Source: Candidatus Eiseniibacteriota bacterium
Lineage (GTDB): Bacteria > Eisenbacteria > RBG-16-71-46 > SZUA-252
NCBI GenBank assembly: GCA_043779525.1
Contig: JAYWED010000008.1
Coordinates: 24,881 to 88,880 of the forward strand
Direction: 5' to 3'
Length of the DNA: 64,000 bases
The notes under the pieces were generated by a model. The model worked only from the letters and a program-made list of their open reading frames with translations. It ran no database searches and was not told where the DNA came from. How positions within the stretch are numbered: the first letter of the stretch is position 1; every line of letters starts with the position of its first letter. Shown one piece after another: positions 58,527 to 64,000 of this stretch. Made by a program: the position numbers and the translations under genes.

Positions 58527-60419
58527 CTAGAGGAGACGCCGACCCCAGCACTCCAGGGCCAGGATGGCCCAGAGAAGCTGGGTGTCCCTGCGAGCGCCGC
58601 CGCGTTGGCCTTCCCAGATCCGGCGAATCCCCTCGGTGTCGAGATAGCCGGAGACGAAGGAGTCCCCACTCAGGATCCGATCCGTGAAGAGCGCGCCTGT
58701 ATTCCCGTCGAGCCAGCGGGCCACGGGCGGCGTGAATCCGCGCTTGCGCCGGTTCAGGATCCGAGCGGGCACCATTCCGCGAAGGGCCCCCCGGAGAAGC
58801 CGCTTGCCCTTCCCTCGCGTCGCCTTCGAGGAAGACGGCAGCGCGGCGACGAACTCCACGAGACCCTGATCCAGGAGCGGCACCCGCGCCTCGAGCCCAT
58901 GCGCCATGCTGGCCCGGTCCATCTTGGTCAGGATGCCGTCCGGCAGGTAGCTCTTGAAGTCCGCGTACTGAAGTTGCGACGTCGAGTCCCAGCCTTCCGC
59001 GCGCTCGAAGTGCCTGTTCAAGATGGAAAAGGGATCGTGCCCCTCGATCGCGCGCTTCAGCCGCTCGCCGTAGAAAATCCGCTTCATCTCCGGGGAGGTG
59101 ATCGACATCTCCCTGCGATAGGCCGCCCTCGGGCAGACCTCGGCGTCGCGAAGCGCGGTCCTGAAGCGCAGCGGCTTGGGAACCCAGGACCCCTCCGGAG
59201 CGAAGCGGCCCATGGCGGCGAGGAGGGCCGGGGCGCGATCGGCCGCGAGCATGCCGCGGATGGACCGGCGCGCCTCGTTGGCGCGATATCTTCTGTATCC
59301 GCCGAAGCTCTCGTCGCCGCCGTCCCCGGTGAGACAGACGGTCACGCTTCTTCTCGCGTCGCCGCACACGAGGTACGTGGGAACCGAGGATGGATCGGCG
59401 AAGGGCTCGTCGAAATGCCACGCGAGCAGGTCCAGCATGCCGGAATCAGGCTCCGTCACCTGGATCTCGCGCCAGCCCGCGCGATAGGTGTCCGCGGCCA
59501 GGATCGAATGGACGCGGTCCGGGTCGTCGGTGTCCGGAAAGGTGGCGGTGAAGGTCGGGATTCCGGCTCCGACTCGGCCGGCCATGAAGCCCAGGACCGC
59601 GGTCGAATCGATCCCCCCCGAGAGCAGCGCGCCGATGGGAACGTCGGCACCCATCTCGGAGCGCACGGCCTCTTCCAGCGCGTGCCGGAGCCGCTCCTCG
59701 GCGCCGCCGCGCGAATAGGGGCCCGGCGTGAAATCGAGGTCCCAGTATTGCGTGTCCGTGATGCCGCGAGCCGACACCTGGAGCGCGTGCCCAGGCTCGA
59801 GCTTGCGTATCCCTCCGAAGATCGTCCGCGGAGAGGGGACGTACCCGAACGTGAAGAAGTCGTCGATCGCCCGCTCGTCAAGCGTCCTGGAAACGCTGGG
59901 ATGCTCCAGGACCGCCTTCGGCTCGGATCCGAACACGAACATCTCGCCGTTCCAGTGGTAGTAGAGCGGCTTGATGCCCATCCGGTCGCGGGCGAGCCAG
60001 AGCGCTCGCTTCCGGCTGTCCCAGACGGCGAAGGCGAACATTCCGCGGAGGCGGTCGACGCACCGCTCCCCCATGCTCTCGTATAACTGGAGGAGGACCT
60101 CCGTGTCGGTGCGCGTGCGAAATCGGCGGCCCTCGCGAACGAGATCGTCGCGCAGCTCGCCGTGGTTGTAGATCTCGCCGTTCAGGATGACCGCCGTACG
60201 TCCGTCCTCGCTCAAGAACGGCTGGAGGCCCCCGGCAAGATCCACGACAGCGAGGCGTGTATGGGCCAGCCCGACTCCGTCCCGGCAGTAGGTTCCCCGG
60301 CCGTCAGGGCCGCGATGGGCCAGGGCCCGATTCATCCGCTCGAGGATGGCTTCGCCCTCGGAGCCGGGAGCCTCGGCGCCGGACGCCTCGGGGTCGAAGA
60401 AGCCCGCTATGCCGCACAT
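58527..60419 (-). CDS. asnB: asparagine synthetase (glutamine-hydrolysing), AsnB family
   Basis: The N-terminal nucleophile MCGIAGFFDP begins the N-terminal Ntn amidotransferase domain. PP-loop SGGIDS. Confidence 0.9.
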   Translation of the reverse strand: MCGIAGFFDPEASGAEAPGSEGEAILERMNRALAHRGPDGRGTYCRDGVGLAHTRLAVVDLAGGLQPFLSEDGRTAVILNGEIYNHGELRDDLVREGRRFRTRTDTEVLLQLYESMGERCVDRLRGMFAFAVWDSRKRALWLARDRMGIKPLYYHWNGEMFVFGSEPKAVLEHPSVSRTLDERAIDDFFTFGYVPSPRTIFGGIRKLEPGHALQVSARGITDTQYWDLDFTPGPYSRGGAEERLRHALEEAVRSEMGADVPIGALLSGGIDSTAVLGFMAGRVGAGIPTFTATFPDTDDPDRVHSILAADTYRAGWREIQVTEPDSGMLDLLAWHFDEPFADPSSVPTYLVCGDARRSVTVCLTGDGGDESFGGYRRYRANEARRSIRGMLAADRAPALLAAMGRFAPEGSWVPKPLRFRTALRDAEVCPRAAYRREMSITSPEMKRIFYGERLKRAIEGHDPFSILNRHFERAEGWDSTSQLQYADFKSYLPDGILTKMDRASMAHGLEARVPLLDQGLVEFVAALPSSSKATRGKGKRLLRGALRGMVPARILNRRKRGFTPPVARWLDGNTGALFTDRILSGDSFVSGYLDTEGIRRIWEGQRGGARRDTQLLWAILALECWGRRLL

Positions 60420-60454
60420 GGGATCACCAGGCGGAGCAGTTCCGCGTCACGCGC

Positions 60455-61816
60455 TCACGACTCGGCGAACGCCTGGATCAGACGGGCGACGTGCTTCGCG
60501 TGCTTGAGGTAGAGGTCCAGGCGGAGGTTCTCGTCCGGGGCGTGCGCGCGCGTGTCCGGGTTGCCGAATCCTGCCGTGGCGACCGGGACCTTGAGCTCCT
60601 GGATGAAGGCGAAGTTGGGTCCCGAGCCTCCGACCATCGGGACGATCTGCATCGGCATGCCGTAGACGGGTCGCGCCGTCTCCGAGACGAGGTTGAGAAA
60701 CGGGTCGTCGGGATCGGTACGCCCCGCGGGATTTCCCCCGAGAAACTCGATCCGGACGTCCGGGAATCCCTCCTGGTCGAGATGAGCGCGAAGCTGGCGC
60801 AAGACCTGGGCCGGGGTCATGTCGGGAACGAGTCGAAAATCCACCTTCGCGGATGCGCGCGCCGGCAGCACGGTCTTGGAGCCCTTGCCCTGGTAGCCCG
60901 ACGTGAGCCCACAGATCGTGCAGGTCGGCTCGAACACCTCGGCGATCGAGAGCTCGACCCCTCCCTTCATGCCGCGCAGAAATTCCTTCACGCCGTACCG
61001 CGTCCGGTGGTCCTCCGCCATGTCCGGGGCCTGGGCCATCAGCTCGCGGTCGCGCGCGGTCGGCGGCCGGACGGGATCGTAGAAGCCGGGGATCCGGACC
61101 CGTTCGTCTTTGCCCTTGAGGCTGGAGAGCGCCCAGGTCAAGCGCCATGCCGCGTTGGGAAAGATCGAGCCGCCGATGCCCGAGTGCACGTCGCGCGTCG
61201 CGGTCTCGACGGAAAGCTCGACATAGCAGATGCCGCGGAGCCCCGCGAACTGGAGCGGGACGCCGCGATGGTCCAGGTACCCGAATTCCCAGAGACAGGC
61301 GTCCCCCTTCAGGCGCGCGCGGTTCGCCTTGACGAACTCGTGCATGTGGGCGCTCCCGATCTCCTCTTCCCCCTCGATCACGAACTTGATCCGGCACGGG
61401 AGATCCTTCGCCTGGGCGAGGAGCGCGTCGATGGCCAGGAGCCGCGCCGTGAGGTGCCCCTTGTCGTCGCTCACGCCCCGGCCGAACAGACGGCCGTCGC
61501 GCAGCGCCGGCGCGAAGGGGGGGCTGGTCCAGAGATCCAGGGGCTCGGCGGGCTGAACATCGTAATGGTTGTAGATGAGCAGCGTTCGTTCGCTCGATCC
61601 CCCGCGCTCCGCCACGACGACCGGGAACCCTCCGGAGGGCAGAGTCTCGACGGCGAACCCGCGCGACCGGAGCATCTCGGAGACCAGGGCCGCGCATTCT
61701 TCCATGCCCAGATTCTGGGCCGCGACGCTGGGCAAGGAGGCATACCGGATCAGCTCGGCCACGCTCGCGTCCAGGCGCTGGTCGATGAAGCGGTCGACGG
61801 AGGCGAAGTCGGTCAC
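60455..61816 (-). CDS. M20-family metallopeptidase/dipeptidase
   Basis: ...LLIYNHYDVQPA... and ...GRGVSDDKGHL... are the M20 metal-binding motifs. A dimerisation domain is present. Confidence 0.8.
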   Translation of the reverse strand: MTDFASVDRFIDQRLDASVAELIRYASLPSVAAQNLGMEECAALVSEMLRSRGFAVETLPSGGFPVVVAERGGSSERTLLIYNHYDVQPAEPLDLWTSPPFAPALRDGRLFGRGVSDDKGHLTARLLAIDALLAQAKDLPCRIKFVIEGEEEIGSAHMHEFVKANRARLKGDACLWEFGYLDHRGVPLQFAGLRGICYVELSVETATRDVHSGIGGSIFPNAAWRLTWALSSLKGKDERVRIPGFYDPVRPPTARDRELMAQAPDMAEDHRTRYGVKEFLRGMKGGVELSIAEVFEPTCTICGLTSGYQGKGSKTVLPARASAKVDFRLVPDMTPAQVLRQLRAHLDQEGFPDVRIEFLGGNPAGRTDPDDPFLNLVSETARPVYGMPMQIVPMVGGSGPNFAFIQELKVPVATAGFGNPDTRAHAPDENLRLDLYLKHAKHVARLIQAFAES

Positions 61817-64000
61817 GCGCGCTGGGAAGCTCCGGCCGCGGCGCCCGCGGCTTCCGGCGCCGGATGGATCTCGCAGCTCGCGGCGCCGAAGGCCACGAGA
61901 TAGCCGAGCGCATCCTCACGCCGGTCCACCTTGACCAGCGTGTCGAGGAGGTTCCCCATCATTCCTTTCCAGTCGGGGTGGTGCATGAGCGAGCGGCGAT
62001 CCTCCTCGCACAGGGACGCGAGGATCTCCTTCATCTGATCCGCGGCGCGAGAGAATTCCCCAGCCGCGGCGATGAGGTCCCCCGATTTCGCGTGGATCTC
62101 GCCGATCAGGTCCAGGCCACGCGCCGCGAGCGGCCGGAAACCCCGCTCGGTCGCGCGCTCCACCAGATCATCCAGCTCCTCCAGGCAGTCCGCGCCGGTT
62201 CCCTCGCCGCACGCGGCGCGGGCGGCCGTCAGGGTGGCGCGCATCTCGAAGTGCGTCATCTTGGACCAGCGCGCCACGTCGCGCGCCTGCCGGGCGGAGC
62301 GCTTGGCCTCGCCGTGGTTCTCGGCCGAAAGCTCCACCTGCGCGGACGCGATCAGGGATTCGATCAAGCTCTCCACGTTCCCGGTCGGCTCGCCGAGCGA
62401 GATCGCGCGGCGCGCGTGGTCGCGAGCCAGGTCGAGGTCTCCCCGCGCGGCCGCGATGATCGCGCGCTTGGAATGCACCTCGGCCAGCACGGGCGCGGCC
62501 TCGAGATCCGCCGCGAGCTCCTCCGCAAGCCGCACCTCCTCCTCGGCCCGATCGATCTGGTGCAGATCGAGGTAGAGTTCCGCGAGATTGTCGTGGAGGC
62601 TCGCCAGGGATTGGGTCCTCTGGCCCTGCGCCGTCCGGATCTCCAGCGACTCGCGGTAGAGGCGCTCGGCGCTCGCATAGTGCCCCTGCTCGAAGCGGAC
62701 GACGCCGAGGTTTCCCAGACACGCGCAGAGGTCCTCGTTGTTCCCCAGCTCGCGGCACAGGGAGAGAGACGCCTCCCAGTGGCGCTGCGCCCCGGCATGG
62801 TCGCCCTCCTGGTAGCCCAGATTGCCCAGATGACGGAGCGTGACCGCCTCGCCGCGGCGGTCCACCGCTTTCCGGTAGAGCGCGAGGGCTTCGTTCAAAT
62901 GCCCTTCCGCCTCGCGGGGCTCCCCCAGCCGGTAGTGCAGGATGCCGATATTCTTGTGCGATTGAGCCATACCCACCTCGTCCCCGAGCCGCTCTCGAAG
63001 CGTGAAACAGGTGCGGTGACAGGCGAACGCTTCCTCGAGGTCCCCTCGCACGTAGTGGATCCCGCTCAGGTTGTTGAGCGCGGCGGCAAGAAGGCGCTCG
63101 TCACCCCGCGCTTCCGCCATCTGGATCGCCTCGCGCATGAACCGCTCGGCGGCCTCGAGCTCGCCCTTGAAGAAGTGGAGTTTGCCCAGCTCGCGAAGCG
63201 CGGTATTGACCCTGGACGCGTCGCCCGAAGCGCGCGACTCCTCGACGAGCGTCGCGTACCGCGCGATGGCTTCGTCATAGCTTTTCCGCGACTCGGCCGG
63301 GTGCCCCAGCAGATACAGCATGCGCCCGATCGCGCGCACGATGTCCGCCTCGAAGCGGGCGTCCGGCGCCGTGCGCGTCAGCGTGAGGGCCGTCTCGTAG
63401 CTCACGAGCGCCGCGCGGTAGCGGCCCGCCGCGTATTCCTGATCGCCGCGGCGCTGCCGGATGTCCATGAGCTGGCGCACGCGCTCTTCGGGCGGATGGT
63501 CCGGATGGAGATCGTGCAGGAGGCTCTCGGCCCGCTCGAGATAGCGGATCGCGTCGCCGTGGGCGAAGAGACGGGCCGCGGCGGTCGCGGAGAGGACGAG
63601 GAACGGCAGCGCCTCGGACTTGAGGCCGGCGGCGAGCAGATTATGGGCGATGACCCCGGCGTGCTCCTCCGACTCGCCGAAGCTCTCGGCGAGGAACTGC
63701 CCCACGACGGTGTGGTATTCGATCCGCAGCTCAGGCGGAATGCTGGCGTACAGGATTTCCCGGATCTTCGAGTGATCGAAATGATATTGCGGACCCGCGG
63801 CGTGGATCAGGTGGTGGATCTGCTCCAGGAACTGGAGTGTTTTCAGGAGCGGCATTCGCTCCAGGCCCAGGCCCCTCAAGATTGTGCCCGAATGGAATAT
63901 GTCGCCTTCCACCGCGCCCAGCTCGAGAATCTCGCGCTCGCGCTGCCCGAGGCGGCTCAAACGCCTCATCACGACGTCGTAAACCTTCTCCGGGATCGAT
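61813..64000 (-). CDS. TPR-repeat protein with an N-terminal STAND/AAA-ATPase-like region (partial; N-terminus beyond the window end)
   Basis: A long TPR array (repeated ...A...Y..LG.....G...A...) and an open frame through position 64000 (...IPEKVYDVVMRRLSRLGQREREILELGAVEG...). 4-bp overlap with the M20 gene. Confidence 0.6.
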   Translation of the reverse strand, partial: SIPEKVYDVVMRRLSRLGQREREILELGAVEGDIFHSGTILRGLGLERMPLLKTLQFLEQIHHLIHAAGPQYHFDHSKIREILYASIPPELRIEYHTVVGQFLAESFGESEEHAGVIAHNLLAAGLKSEALPFLVLSATAAARLFAHGDAIRYLERAESLLHDLHPDHPPEERVRQLMDIRQRRGDQEYAAGRYRAALVSYETALTLTRTAPDARFEADIVRAIGRMLYLLGHPAESRKSYDEAIARYATLVEESRASGDASRVNTALRELGKLHFFKGELEAAERFMREAIQMAEARGDERLLAAALNNLSGIHYVRGDLEEAFACHRTCFTLRERLGDEVGMAQSHKNIGILHYRLGEPREAEGHLNEALALYRKAVDRRGEAVTLRHLGNLGYQEGDHAGAQRHWEASLSLCRELGNNEDLCACLGNLGVVRFEQGHYASAERLYRESLEIRTAQGQRTQSLASLHDNLAELYLDLHQIDRAEEEVRLAEELAADLEAAPVLAEVHSKRAIIAAARGDLDLARDHARRAISLGEPTGNVESLIESLIASAQVELSAENHGEAKRSARQARDVARWSKMTHFEMRATLTAARAACGEGTGADCLEELDDLVERATERGFRPLAARGLDLIGEIHAKSGDLIAAAGEFSRAADQMKEILASLCEEDRRSLMHHPDWKGMMGNLLDTLVKVDRREDALGYLVAFGAASCEIHPAPEAAGAAAGASQRA

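Overview
The window is high-GC (about 68-70 %) bacterial chromosomal DNA and is densely coding, mostly on the minus strand. Several protein architectures point to a Gemmatimonadota- or Acidobacteriota-like organism: Ser/Thr kinases with a TolB_N-like domain plus TPR, and secreted proteins ending in a T9SS/FlgD-like C-terminal domain. I found no CRISPR array, rRNA, transposase or integrase. Most of the '+'-strand ORFs in the supplied track are antisense artefacts of GC-rich genes and were not called.

Supported content, in order along the window:
- A partial Ser/Thr kinase (STPK), then an intact tRNA-Cys(GCA), then a 1.2 kaa STPK-NACHT-FGE-sulfatase STAND protein that looks like a bNACHT-type candidate defence gene.
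- Secreted proteins and a CsgG-like lipoprotein.
- A NarL-type two-component operon (HK-RR) with an adjacent truncated REC-only paralogue.
- DinB-like and VOC-like small genes.
- A MerR/B12 (CarH/LitR-like) regulator with a downstream operon (exported hypothetical, FAD oxidoreductase, RibA).
- A DUF378 protein plus two tiny membrane ORFs, a GNAT acetyltransferase, an amidohydrolase, a DsbA-like protein, a second STPK-TPR paralogue and a PD40 beta-propeller protein.
- A DUF3494 ice-binding-like protein, an FMN reductase, a DDAH-like enzyme, CspA, a LysA-like decarboxylase and an RlpA-like lipoprotein.
- An NtrY/NtrX-like HK plus sigma-54 response regulator pair, a 1-Cys peroxiredoxin, PurT, an MFS transporter and an EamA transporter.
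- A tightly overlapped six-gene minus-strand operon: outer-membrane barrel, class-I LysRS-like paralogue with degenerate HIGH/KMSKS motifs, solute-binding protein, atypical ALDH-like protein, HAMP histidine kinase, and a REC-GAF-HK hybrid.
- A CzcCBA-like RND efflux operon, AsnB, an M20 peptidase and a partial STAND/TPR protein running off the window end.

Most interesting observations:
1. The LysRS-like pseudo-synthetase signalling operon.
2. The kinase-NACHT-FGS protein next to tRNA-Cys.
3. Two extra copies of the tRNA-Cys promoter plus 5' half, and a separate 3'-half remnant upstream of the paralogous kinase. These may be integration scars.
4. A conserved TGGCCAAC direct-repeat motif upstream of three minus-strand genes, one of them the NarL-type HK-RR operon.
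5. A repeated hairpin flanking the truncated response regulator.
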